A stretch of DNA of 63,186 nt, counting the filler, from Platydemus manokwari (lineage: Eukaryota), in the NCBI GenBank assembly GCA_037951405.1. It is 6 parts of 6 records of this genome, joined end to end, with 100 filler letters (N's around TTAATTAATTAA, not from the genome) between each part and the next. Parts side by side here need not be neighbours in the genome. Positions count along the whole stretch, not along the records: positions 10,763 to 22,673 come from JBBMOY010397777.1; positions 22,774 to 34,369 come from JBBMOY010578884.1; 4 more parts are not named here. One strand, given 5' to 3'. A program made the position numbers and the translations under genes. Under the pieces are notes generated by a model that was not told where the DNA came from, made no database searches, and saw nothing but the letters and a program-made list of their open reading frames with translations. Shown piece after piece: positions 12,852 to 26,000 of the stretch. The stretch's first letter is position 1; the number at the start of each line of letters is the position of its first letter.

Positions 12852-13989
12852 TTATCTTGATTCGATCTTCGATGGTTGGTTGACAGAAATTTCTTTGACG
12901 TGTCCATATTTGTTAACTAAATAATTCTTCAGTTAAACAAAATCAAATATCGATTTAATTTGTACCTTCACCAGTCGTGTAGAAATCGTTCATCTCATTT
13001 ATCAGGCTTTTTTCGCAGTTGGCCATGATATCATCTTCTGATGGCGGATATCTCGCACATCTCTCGCCAATTTTCCTTTGTATCTGGAATCTTTCCGGAA
13101 ATGATGTTCGATCGTCTTCTCGCTTGGTGCGGTGATTAAATATCAAATGTTGGGCTTTTTGTTTGTTTAATGTCAAAGATGGTTCAGCAGCCAGCTCATG
13201 AATGCTGAGATTGTTTTTAATGGTTACCGCTGCTGTCGATCTAGCATGGAGGGGTAATCCTTGTTGATAGAGCGAGTCATTGAATGCATTCAAATCCATT
13301 TCCGAAATGATTTCGCTATGCAAAGTATTAAATGATCACTAGTTTAATCGTGCTTTATAATAATATAATGATGGCTTGTTTTGATTTATATTGTAAAATC
13401 ATCAAAATATTGATTATTTAATAATTGTATTTTTCATTATTAATTGAATCATAATTGCATGATGTATCTCGATTGATCACAAGAGTATTCAAAAAGCTGC
13501 TAACATCAATTTTAAAAAATTAAAATGTTGTCAGTGCCATTTTACAAATGATTAAAATATAATCAAAACCAACCCGCTACTAGTTAACAGCTGATAAATA
13601 TGTCTGAGTAGTAACACTGCTGCTCCTTCTTTCATATAGATTGTTCCATAAATAAAATTTTGAGGTACAGTCAATTTATATTTCTTGATAAACTGAAATG
13701 TCGTAGATAATAAAAAAAAATTGTAGATAAAAAACTAACATTTTCAATCAAATACCAATTTTTCATTTTCGACTCTATAGATTGTCCATTGTTAAAAAGT
13801 GTACTAGTTAATTCTTTTGGATAATATTTGTTGAATATTTCACCCACAATTATCCCATTTGAAATATCCCTATATAACTAAAATTAAAATATTGAATGAA
13901 AACTTTGCAAACCATTTGGGGTTTTGAATTTTTTTTGAGAGGTCTAAACATTGTAACCATTTTATGACTTCTCTGGGTAAATTTAACAT
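12852..13989 (-). CDS. SPATA4: Spermatogenesis-associated protein 4 (CH-like domain), five exons
   Basis: MLNLPREVIKWLQCLDLS...WDISNGIIVGEIF..YYP...FNNGQS...KMKNW...FIYGTIYMKEG...IYQLLT, then FNDSLYQQGLPLHARSTAAVTIKNNL, matching the SPATA4 pattern. Last exon ends in TAA at 12852. Convergent with PPIL3. Confidence 0.85.
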
Positions 13990-16900
13990 TTCGCTATTAA
14001 TCTAACCTAGCAACAGTTAGTTAAACAAAGATTGAATAAATTATTAAAATCGAGAAATAATTTTATTAAATATTAATTCCACCTTAATTAATATTTTACT
14101 TTTTTGTTCAATCTTTCCAATTATTATCTTATACGTTTAAATAAAATTATTTATTACAAGTTAACTGAAGTCTTTAAATACAATTCTCACTGAAATTATA
14201 TTGAACTTAATTGTTTAAGAAATAAGTATTTTGAGAATTCCATAAAAGTTTCTTAGAATTACTTCATTGAAATGAATATACTTAAAAAATTAATATGCAT
14301 ACAAATATATTTATCATAAATACAAGAATATCTCTAACAAAAAATTAATTAACATAAGTGTTTGACTAGGCTATGTTATCGATAACATAAGAGCTTTCTA
14401 TACTTCAATTATTTAAAAAATATATATTTTTAAGAACAAATCACACTAAAAACGATATCTTTTAAGACATAAATAGTTGCTGAATTATGTATAAATTAGC
14501 AGCTGGAATAGTCCTGCTTGATGAAATTCAACTTGTTCACTTTTGTCAGGATATCATTTCTATCAAATAGTTCTCAATTTAACACATCAATCTTCTTAAA
14601 TTTTATCTGAGACCTCTTATAATCAACTTGTATTAAGTCGTAAAAATTCCATCATCTTCTTAAATGATTACCACACTTACACTCAGATTGGTGTGCCATA
14701 ATTATTACCGATGGAATTATTCAATTGTTATTACTGCATTTGATTTTTAATTGATTTTATTATTCTGCTTGATTTATTTTGTTCGTCACTATTTTCAACA
14801 ACTTATATAAAATTGATTTAATAATTTATTAATATTTATTTTATTTGTAATCATTTTCACAGATTGATAATTACATAATCTATATAATAGTCTAGTAATT
14901 TGTTCATCATATTTTCAAATTTTAAATTTTATTTTTATTTGGATATTATCTTATTATTCAACATCATAGTCTTGTTTGGAGGTCAATGGTGCCCCCAGAA
15001 AATTGTTCTTCATAGAAAGAAAACTTTACTGAAAGAGTGATCATCAAACTTATAACTTGTAATTCGATAATGAAACCAGCACTTCAAGAAAGGTTCAAAG
15101 TCTCATGCGGATCTTGAAATTCCTGCAAACATTATACAAAAATGAAGAATTAATCGATAGGCTTATCAATGGCAACACTGGGATACCTAAATACTACACT
15201 TGTTTGACTTCAATTCAAATTCCGATCCAAGTCATTGGCCTATTGTACATAATTTTTTTCATAATAATTCTACTAACAAATAATTTTATATATGATTATG
15301 AGATATTATGTTATTGATGATGTAAATAGTTGGACAAATAATGGGAGTAGATTAGGGAGTTGAATACAATTGTTAACGGTATCACTGGGAACAAAATATG
15401 ATGCTCTGACAAGTCATTGATAAGTACACCGACATTATGTACGGAATCATATACACTAAAATAAGAGACTTCCAAAATGGTAACGTAAGTGACCACTTTG
15501 ATAGCTTTGCCTTATGTACAGTCATGTGCAAGACCTATATTCATGTTTAAATTTGATATTTTAAAAAAAGGAAGAGCTGCAAATATGCAACGGACACTGG
15601 AGAATCACGATAATAGATATCAGTAAAGGTAAAAAATTTTCACAGTACAAATAGTGAAGGAATTAAACACAAAATCCTGGAAATCAGCTGATGAAAGTTA
15701 TAAGAACTCAAAGAATATATAAAATTTAAATAGTGAGATTATTTACCAATTTGCAATCTATTAGAGTAACGCCACAAAAATATTAATAGTTTAAACTGCA
15801 GTAATTCCAAGAAAAATATTCATCGAAAAATTTATTGATCAGATAAGTGTAAAGTGGAATAATTCAAATGAATATTATTACATGATATATACCACTAGTT
15901 GCTTGAGTAAAATTAGTTGATTGCCGTCGACTGATTTCTACCTGTTTTCTATAGTTTTCAAAAAATCAATTTAATATTGTCCTGGGGAAAACCAGGCTTA
16001 AAAACTATAGAATCAAAATCATTTTTACTGACTTTAAAATTAGATAAGATTCTCCTAATTCGTGGAGGTCTCGAACCCGAACTTTTTATTTTTTCCTATT
16101 TGTTTTTTAGACTGAACACTGGAGCTAGTCGATTTGTACCTTGGCCTAATCGTTGATACTCTGCCCAGCTCTGCTCGAGGAATTGTTTTCTATTGAAAGT
16201 GGTATAAACAGTGGAGATACAGAAGCCAACACTTTGCTTCCTGGATGAGCGAGGAATAACTCTTGTTTTAGTAATAAAGTTTTGCATTCTGAAAGTTATA
16301 TAAATAAAAAAAACAATATTATCGAATCAAGCAGCAATAAAATTAAAAGCAATTAGTAAATCAGAAACTAATCAAGTTATCACAAAAATTAGGTGAAGAA
16401 TGTCAATGAAAGTAAAATGCGTCCATAGAAGAAAATAAGTTAATTTTTATCTGTAATTAAAAAATTTTTTTTATAAAATTAGTCTAATATAAATAAACAC
16501 AGAATTATTAATTAATTTGTTGATGTTGGTTTATATTTTATTATGGTTCGAGAAGGGTTTCGATCACACACTACACCAACAAGAAAATTATATGAAGGAC
16601 TCTGATTTAAATTAATAAATAAGCAGTGCGTACAAATTAGACTGAATGTAACATTGTCAAATTGGTTAAACAAAATTATATCAATAAATTTCTACTCACG
16701 ACATCCACTCAAATGTATATGATCTAATATCAATCAAGACGTTTATGTTTAAATAAATTCAATTTTTGAAATCGAAATAAGATATCGCGCAAAAATGAGA
16801 TAAAATTATTAATCAATGTAAGATGCAATAACTTGGACAATTTTCGAATAATTTTCATTATGTTGTAGATGAAAAAATATAATTACTGATAAGTATCAAC

Positions 16901-17469
16901 CACTTCTCCGTTCTCCGTCCTACAACTACTAATTCAGTATATTTCGCAGGAAAATCAATGTTCGCTGGAAATTCCAAATAATGATCGCTACAATCAAAGT
17001 TGTTTTGATATGATTAGCAGTAGATGTGATTCCAACGGGTATCCTTAATGAAAGTCTTTGTGTTAAGAAAATACAAGTTAAACTTTGTACTCTGTTTAGA
17101 GACATTGAAGAAACTGAGTGTACCAGAAGACTAAAAGTTTAAAGTTTTATAGAAAACTAACAAAAATGAAATTGATTAATAATAAACCACATATTTTAGG
17201 CTCCTAAGAAATTCATTTTCAAAAACATAACATTCTTACAACTAATGAAACTTAATTACTTTTGTTTTTTTTGCAACTAATCTTTTTGACATTCATTGTA
17301 TTATGTATCATAGTATAAATATAAAAATTGGGATGTTATTAAACAATTTGGCTTTTACCCAATGTTAATGTAATGATTTTTCACTCATTATTTAATAGTA
17401 AAATTTATTCTTAATCATATTTTAATAAAATTTTTACATAAAATTTAATTTTAGTTTAAAAAGAAAAAA

Positions 17470-18030
17470 ACATGTCCAACAACCTGTATATATTATGAAT
17501 CCTGGTATCATAGACATAAAAAAAATAAGAAATATCATTTTAAATATCAAATTTCTGTTTCCATTGTGATTATTACTTTTAGAGTTACTGAACTATAATT
17601 GCGATACAAAATAAGAATCAATTGTTTCAATCCTTCAACAACTTTAATACCATGTTTCGACACCTGCAACTATATTTGGACTCTTCAAAATGACCTTATC
17701 CATTTCCATGAGGCTGTTTTGACCTACAGTTATTTTTCTATACCTTGCTATTTTGCCTTGGCGTGAAATCTACAAACTTTGTATCTTGATAAATAATTTC
17801 AAATTCTCAGTTATATTTTGATAAAACTTTTTAAAAATTTGTGATTGCTGATTTGCTTAAGAAGATTATTTGATAATACACTTTTTGTGTGCATTAATAT
17901 ACCACAGATAAATAATATTTAGAATATCAAAAAGGAACAATCTCGAATTGTTGTAACAAGTTCCTATTCGAATTCCGAAAATTCTATTACATTTAAGGTA
18001 TCTCCACCTGTACGAGTTATTTGATTTGGA
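17470..18030 (-). mobile_element. Heavily decayed Merlin/IS1595-like transposase remnant (tentative)
   Basis: Fragments SYRWRYLKC, IRIGT, IIYLW and a C-terminal H.N.I..L.D-like stretch occur in Merlin order; many stops and frameshifts. Confidence 0.35.
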
Positions 18031-18497
18031 CGAAATCTTCATTATATTACCGCATTATTCTCATAATTCCTGAAAGTTTTTATAATATAACTCTCAAAAC
18101 CTTGGCATCGTTCAAATTACATCTAATGTTAAGAGTCCTCACTAATTTTCAATTAATTGCATTTTGATCTACTTTGATTAGTTTTTCAGATAATTGATTT
18201 TTAGTTTATTTTAAAGTTTCAGTGTATTTAATACTTGATTTCAAACCACTAAAATTCTTTTTAATTATTTAAATTAAAAACTCAAAATGTTTTTAATGAA
18301 TAATATTAAATAAACTATATAGATTATTTGAAATACATTTTATAAATTAAATTTTTTTTAGAACTTAACTTTAGCTAAAAATTTTATTAAAACCATTTTA
18401 ACACTAATTTTGAAAAATGAAAAATAAGGCTTTAATTTTATAGTTTGTTTAAATAATAATTTTAAGTCAAAATTTTTTATTATTTTTAACTTTTTAT

Positions 18498-21400
18498 ATG
18501 AGCTTTAAAACTGATTTTCCATCTATATTACCAGATTTTATTACACCCAGAAATTGCATATATTTCTTGATATCCAGAGAATATATTGAGCATGAATCAA
18601 ATATAAAAGTTTTGCTTGATGAAGAGGCACAATTTACGTTTGGTCTATTTCTCTTCAAAGCCATCAAGGTTGAATAAATAACGTCAATCTTGAAATTACT
18701 TTTTTCTTCATAGGATTCTACGATCGATCTATTTAAATATCTAAAAGAAAATGATAATGCTTTTAAGAAAAAATTAAATTTTCTAGTTATTAAGAAGTTA
18801 ATAAAATTTAATTAATGAATTTAATTAACTAATTCTGTTCTTTTTTCTTTAGGATCGAGTCAATCGTCAACAGTTTAAATGATTTTATTTCCTATTTTGA
18901 TATTTTAGAACTTGTTAATGGTAATGTGTTAAGTTCATTTCATGAACATGGTGATGTTATCGGCAATGAAAGCCGAGGGAAAATTTGTAAATATAGTTTA
19001 GTTGGTAAATTTTATCAATCTTTTTGGGTTGTGTTTTTATTTTAAATAAGGAGCGTTTATGAAAAAATTCTGTCTCGCATTCCAATCATTATCAATGGAA
19101 AAGATTGTTATGTTTATCGAGGGGTTTCGACAACTTCTCGAATCACACGATATTCTTCCTCGATCAAATAAAAAGTAAATTTTTTTACCTCCGAAAATCA
19201 ATCAAATTGATTCCGTCAATCATTTTTCCAGACTTAGCAAGTCAAGTGATTTAATGTTTAAACGATCGATGACATTGAAACAGGAACGTTTGAGTGAAGA
19301 TCAAGTTCGTTGGTCATTGGAAAATATGCATAAAGAAATCGAGAACGTTCTCTATTCGCCCGCCAATAAGAGTAACTGCCGACCCGTTAATGAATTGCGT
19401 CGCGACCTAGCTAAATACAAACAAATGTATCCCGATATTTCGGAATCTTTCTTCCTCGACAATCTGTTGATGATGCACAAGAAGGATTTCGCAGTGATCG
19501 AAAATGATGTCCAAATGAATTATCCAGCTAAATTTCTCAGTGCCGACGAGTCAGGGAATAAAGATCTCTTCTCTCTGCACGATTCCAATAAAGATAACAA
19601 CAAGAAGCTCATTCTATTTAAAAACAGCCAAATTCGTCAGAAACTTAGTGAGGTCAGCCTGAATAGCGCGATAACGTTTTCATCGATGGGTTTCAAGTAA
19701 GTATTTCTGTTTATATTATTGGTATTGATGTTGATGGGTTTGGTATTGATGGTATTTGAGTTGATAGGGTGGCATTTTGGGTTATGTTGATTCCATAGGG
19801 ATTGATATTGATGGTATTGTGGTGGATATTGATGTTATCGAGGTTACTATTGATGGTATTGGGGTTGATGTTGATGTTAATAAGGTTATTATTAATGGTA
19901 TTAGGGTTGATATCGATGTTAACGAGATTATTATTAATGGTATTGGGGTTGATATCGATGTTAACGAGGTTATTATTAATGGTATTGGGTTTGATATCGA
20001 TGTTAACGAGGTTATTAGTGATGGTATTGGGGTTGATATCGAAGTTAACGAGGTTATTATTGATGGTATTGGGGTTGATGTTAATAAGGTTATTATTAAT
20101 GGTATTGGGGTTGATATCGATGTTAACTAGGTTATTATTAATGGTATTGGGTTTGATATCGATGTTAACTAGGTTATTATTAATGGTATTGGGGTTGATA
20201 TCGATGTTAACTAGGTTATTATTGATGGTATTGGGGTTGATATCGATGTTAACGAGGTTACTATTGATGGTATTGGGGTTGATATCGATGTTAACTAGGT
20301 TATTATTAATGGTATTGGGGTTGATATCGATGTTAACTAGGTTATTATTGATAGTATTAGTTATGATTTTGAAGTCATTGATGTTTATCAGTGTAGAACT
20401 ACATTTATCGCCACTGTTCTACGTCAATATCGATTTATGCTTGTTAGTATCGATGGCTCCATGATGATTGTTGAAAGCTGGCACTTATTGATTGGTACCG
20501 CATATCAATACAAGTTGTTGAAATGATTATTTGTGTAAAATTGTGAGCAAGTATTGCGTATCAAAGTGACTAGCTGGGATTGTTGTTATATGGGTATTGC
20601 AGGTATCGCGGTATCGTCAAGCCTATATTATCAACATCATCGATATTCACAACCAAATGATATCACAATCAATAATTATTATCACATATTATTTCCAGGG
20701 ATGAAGCGTTGCTCCACTACAAAGATGCAATGTTTAATGCTAAATTGTCGAGGAAATCAGATTTGATTGCAGAAGTTGGCGTAGGTTTTTCTAGATTTGT
20801 CCTTTTATCATTTCGGGGGGGTGGTTTTGAGAGGATTGAAGTGATAAATATTGCGCGATCATCAATATATATCGCTTGTCATCTCATTTTCTCATCTTAC
20901 GGGGATAATATTCGATAATCGATCAGTATTGACATCGATATTTAGAGTGTTGGGAACTCACTGATGCCAATCAATGATAATCCAAATGGGGCATTCTATT
21001 CATTGATCAATGGCAACATGAATGATGTAAGCGACACGTGGTTGTTAATTATTGATTATTTTATCACCATAATTACAGAAAACAGCTCTGGGAAATATTC
21101 GAGACTTCCTCTTGTTATCTTTGCATAGCAACCGCAACAGTTTGCAAGAGTACGATAATTGATTGATTGAATTTGTTGCTATTGGTTACGTGTATGTGTG
21201 TGTAATGATTTTTGTTATTCAGATTGTTGCTGCACTATTTCAGCTCCCCTGCTCCACAGAGAAGAGAAATCACACCGATTTGTCTCATTTATTTGTCAAT
21301 CCTTTTTAGATCATTTGGATTTGAGTGAGTGTTGCCATGGATATTTGATAGATGTATTTGATCAATTTATTTATGATTTACAGGGCCATGGCCAATACTT

Positions 21401-22542
21401 ATCTCATGATTGCAGCCTGCACCGAGTCGTTAAAGCACACCAAAAATCATCATGATGTGCTAGTAGAGGTGTTTTCACAACTGATTTCCAATTATTCCAC
21501 CACGGTAATCTTTATGATTGATTAATGTATTGGATTTAATCGATATTTATCAGCTGGTATTTTTAATCAATACCTGCTCTTACTTTATTGAAACAATATC
21601 ACCATGGTTATTGATGTATCAAATTAAATCAGTGATTGTTACAGTATTGTTATCGATATCTATTATCTCAATAAATCAATAATTATTACAGTATTGTCAT
21701 CAATATCTATTATCTCATAAATCAATAATTATTACAGTATTGTCATCAATATATATTATCTCAATAAATCAATAATTATTACAGTATTGCCATCAATATA
21801 TATTATCTCAATAAATCGATAATTATTATTTTATTACCAAATCGCTGTAAGTACTCTCGTGATATTAATTGCTTTATAAATATGAGGTCACTATTTTAAT
21901 TTTGTTATTTTTCATTGTGATGCGATAAGTATCGCGTGATTGCTGATTTGATAATCAATAAATTAATTATTTACCGATATCTCACCTTATAGGGACGATT
22001 TGAGAAAGCATTCAACTTTTTCAAGGTCTTAGAAACGGTCGGCGAAGGCGTTCTCTGTTCGAATAATCAGCTGCAATCCAGTTTGCTCCAATCTTTATTT
22101 AGCCATTCCTTGATGCGATTGGATTTCTCACGAGCAAATCGATGCTTGGAGAAATTGCAGCAAGTATCACTCGCGGAGTACGGATTGAGGTATCACAGTA
22201 TTGGAGATGTTGGGTATTGATTATTGATTGTTCTCGTTGCCAAACAGGAAGGTGCAGATCTTATTCGTAGAGGATAACAATGCAGCAGCAATCAGACTCG
22301 GTAATCACATCATCTCATTCGCTGTCAAGAAGCGCGAATTTCTCGTTTTTAATCACGTGAGTATCAGCAATGGATGCCCAACAATGTCATCTCTAATAGC
22401 CCATCACAAATCGAGCGGCATTGTCGACCACTTGAACGAAAAAGCGTTTCTCAACGATTTACCATCTCTCGATGATAACAGCAGTCAGAATTGGGGCAGT
22501 CGGGATTGGGCGATCTATGAGTGTCGATGTCGTTGGTTGATG
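18498..22542 (+). CDS. ANAPC5: Anaphase-promoting complex subunit 5, divergent, 3' end missing at the spacer
   Basis: ATG 18498. Spliced blocks DFITPRN, KYSLVGAFMKKFCLAFQSLSMEKI, LRRDLAKYKQMYPDISESFFL, VSLNSAITFSSMGFK|DEALLHYKDAMFNAK and EYGLR|KVQILF parallel the APC5 motifs VTP, SVVGLFLR..ILAY.KLSF, P.FAEAHYL, AALNLA.LH.RFG and YRKA. Confidence 0.75.
19790..20350. repeat. 42-bp minisatellite, about 13 units, in an ANAPC5 intron
   Basis: Unit GATATCGATGTTAAC(G/T)AGGTTATTATTAATGGTATTGGGGTT; gives the 14-aa periodic ORFs in the track. Confidence 0.92.
21627..21825. repeat. About 47-bp tandem repeat, about 4 units, intronic
   Basis: Unit AATCAATAATTATTACAGTATTGTCATCAATAT(A/C)TATTATCTCAATA. Confidence 0.85.
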
Positions 22543-23070
22543 GTGAGATTAGTTTATTATTATTATTATATTAATTATTAATCAATCAATAAATCAATTA
22601 TAATTAATAAATAAAGTTTATTATAATTAATTAACAATAATCATTAAATAAAATCAATAATTAATCAATAAATNNNNNNNNNNNNNNNNNNNNNNNNNNN
22701 NNNNNNNNNNNNNNNNNTTAATTAATTAANNNNNNNNNNNNNNNNNNNNNNNNNNNNNNNNNNNNNNNNNNNNTTTAATGTGGGACAACAGAATATTATT
22801 AGTAGTATTATTATTAGGAGGATTATTATTATGATTATTATTATTATTGTTATAATAATAATTATTGTTATTATTATTATGGTTATTATCAATTACAATC
22901 CGTATAATTACAATTACTTTTTATTATTGTTCTTAATTTAAGACAACGATATGCTCAGATGATTTATAAAATCTTTATCAACGTAACATGACTGCTATCA
23001 TTTATGCCAACATATTCTCAAATTCTGACACCAGCTCTATTTAATCTATAATTTATTATTTTATTTTAAG

Positions 23071-26000
23071 CAATGTGTCAGACAGCATCAATGATTTACT
23101 ATCCGCTTGTGCAAGCACATTGCCGTTGACGCAACAATTGTGTGAAAGTTCTCAAAGACAATTGGAATCGTTGAAAACAAGCTTGTTGGCCGAACCACCG
23201 ACTTTACCTCTAAACAATCTGTCATATAATCAATGCATGAAATCGGTGGATGAAATGTGTCAAGTAAAAATCCCATTTGTGAACATGAAACAATTGTAAT
23301 GTTTTTCTAGGAGTTAACCAATCAAATGAAACGCATTCCAATATCGTGTAAAACCGGTGACTCGAATGAGTTTTGTTCTGCAGTTCAGCAGTTGACATGT
23401 TTGACTATGGAAATGATGAAAGCCGCTACTCAAGCCAACTACACACTTGGTGTTATTCAATCCAATACAACACCTTCAGCTGCCATGTCAGTGCAGAATC
23501 AATTGATGGATTCATTGATACAGCATTCAGAGATCATTTCTAATAACTGTGCTAGTATAGCATCAAATGATGATTCAAATATATCGGTAAATAATAATAA
23601 TAATAATAATAATGATAATAATAAAATAATTTAATAAAAATAATAATAATAATAATAACCTCTAAAAACACAACAGATTATTGTAACCATTTCAAATTTG
23701 CTGTGATTATCATTATTTTTCCGTAGTATCGGGATCTTGCCAATGGCATTAAAACTAGAGCCGCCAGTGTTTGTCAACTGGTCAAAGATTTGATCAATAA
23801 TTCCAATGATGTTGATCATCAAAATAAATTACTGGAAGCCGGTAAAAGAGTTGCAGAAGCCACTGCTAATTTAATCAAGACCATAAACAGTGGTCCACGA
23901 TCAAGTACCAGCCAAACGGACTCATGGACAGTTGCATGCGGTTCAGTGGCTAACAGCGTAGAAGAATTATTACAGGTTTCGAAAAACAAACCAGCCAATG
24001 AATTAGAGGCTGCTATCATCACTGAGCAAGGACGAAATGTATGATGTTTTCAGAAGCTTTCATAAATATTTATCATTCATATAGGCACAGAAAGCACTTC
24101 ATGAAGCTTCGGTCGAAATGATTGAAGGTTCATGTTCTTTGTTAAGAGCTGCCGGTGCATTAGTAAGAGATGCAAAGAGCATTCCAGCCAATCAAGCATT
24201 CATAATCAATCAGAAAACATACGATAATTCACTGAATCGATTGAATAACGTTGTCAAATATTCAGCTCCCGGCCAACGGGAATTTATAGAAATGGAGGAA
24301 GAGCTGAAGCAACTGTTGCGAAATTTAGATCGAGCCAATATGGAGTCTTATACGATGAATAAATCATCTAAAATGACCCATCGAGCCGGTGATACACTTA
24401 ATAGTGATATCCAACGGATGCAGTTGTCCATGAAGCAATTGAAAAACAACATACCACCCATTGAACAGGTTTTGACAAACCCCAGCCAATTGGAATATCT
24501 AGGACGGGTTATTATGCAAGCTAACAGTTATCTGGCACCAATAGCAGAAGTATTTATCATTTAAATATCAATTATTAATTATAAATTTTGATTATTTTTA
24601 GAGTGCAAACAATCTCGCTTTGTCTCTGCCACACAGTCGCGACCGCGGAGAAATCGTTGAATTGACGAAAACCGTTCTGGAAGCATTTTTAGCAATGGTA
24701 CAAGAAAGTGAATCGATTTCTACCAGCAATAATTATCAGGTATCTCTTATTATTAATATAATAATATAATATTATAATATAAATATTAACAATAATAATG
24801 ATAATAACATTGTAAATTAGGAAACTGAGGAGTATATATCATCATTGAAAATTGGCTGTGAAGATCTGACAAAGTTTGTAGATGGAATTGCCAGTTGCCA
24901 TGGCACTGTCGAAAATCTGATTTCATCGATCCAACAATCAGTGGCTAGAGTAAATTGATCGAATTTATTGTGGTTGAATTTACTGATATTATGTTTGCTA
25001 TAATAGATCAACGATACTTGCAATGCCAATGCAGCCGATGTAGCATCAGCTCATACATTGATCGTGAACAGTGTCAAATCGATAACCGATTCTTTAAATG
25101 AAATATCTATTAGTAAAGAAGTCGGTGGCAATCGATTATTAAAGAAAGAATCCACAAAAAGACTCAAACCCAATGAAAACAGTCAAGTTCTCGTTCAAAA
25201 GAAAACTACCGATCTATTGAATCCGTTTAAAAAGCTCGTACAAGACTATGACAATCTGGTTACGGCAATCACTCAAATTATCAATGCTCGTCTCTCATCG
25301 GAACAAGATGATAATGATAAGCTGAAGAAATGCGTTGTGGCTATTGGACAGTCTTGTATGGATCTGATCAGATATGATCAAACGGAATTCACCAGCCAAG
25401 TTAGAAATCGTTTGGGTGATCTGATGTTTGCTTTGCAATCCACTTCAAAAGGAACCCAATGTTGTATCGCAGCTGCAAATAAAGTGAATCAGATGGTGGC
25501 TGATTTGGACACAGCCATTCTTTTTGCCAGTTCTGGAACATTGACTCTGTCTTTCGGCGGTACTGAAGACAGTCAAATCAAATCTGGATCAGTTCCACAG
25601 ATCAAAGAAGAGATATTCAAAATAACAAAAGCTTTGGTATCGGATCTCCAGAAAATGGTGTGTTTGTTTAAATGATGTATTATCGATCGTATTTCAAAAT
25701 TGTATTTGTTTTACTAGGTCACATCAGTTGACGGAAAACAAGAAAATTTAGCAATGGCTACCGACAATGCCGTTCGTCGAGCCGATCAGCTTTGCACTGC
25801 CGTCAAGAACAGTGCCTTAACAATTGGCGCCAATCCCGGAATGTTAGGATTCTTAGAAATGAACGATGAATGTATCAGTGCTCAGACATTGTTATTGAAT
25901 GCAGTTCGTGATGTAGCAGTAGCACTTGTGGACTTTTTCAATTGCACCAAGATGAATGTCACCACTAGTTCTGATAAAGATCGTGACAGGTAAGCCGTTC

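Noticed and set aside
14990-15520. Possible decayed transposase or gene (similar patches at 16900-17130, 27180-27430, 46270-47110 and 60600-61210)
   Set aside because: Slightly higher GC, but no motif series strong enough to assign a family.
16060-16085. tRNA gene or SINE suggested by the B-box-like GGTTCGAGACC on the minus strand
   Set aside because: No A box or cloverleaf could be found.
19777-20464. Repetitive 117-aa and 220-aa ORFs as real proteins, or the array as CRISPR
   Set aside because: They are translations of a spacerless 42-bp tandem repeat inside an intron whose flanking ANAPC5 exons splice in frame (19696 to 20699).
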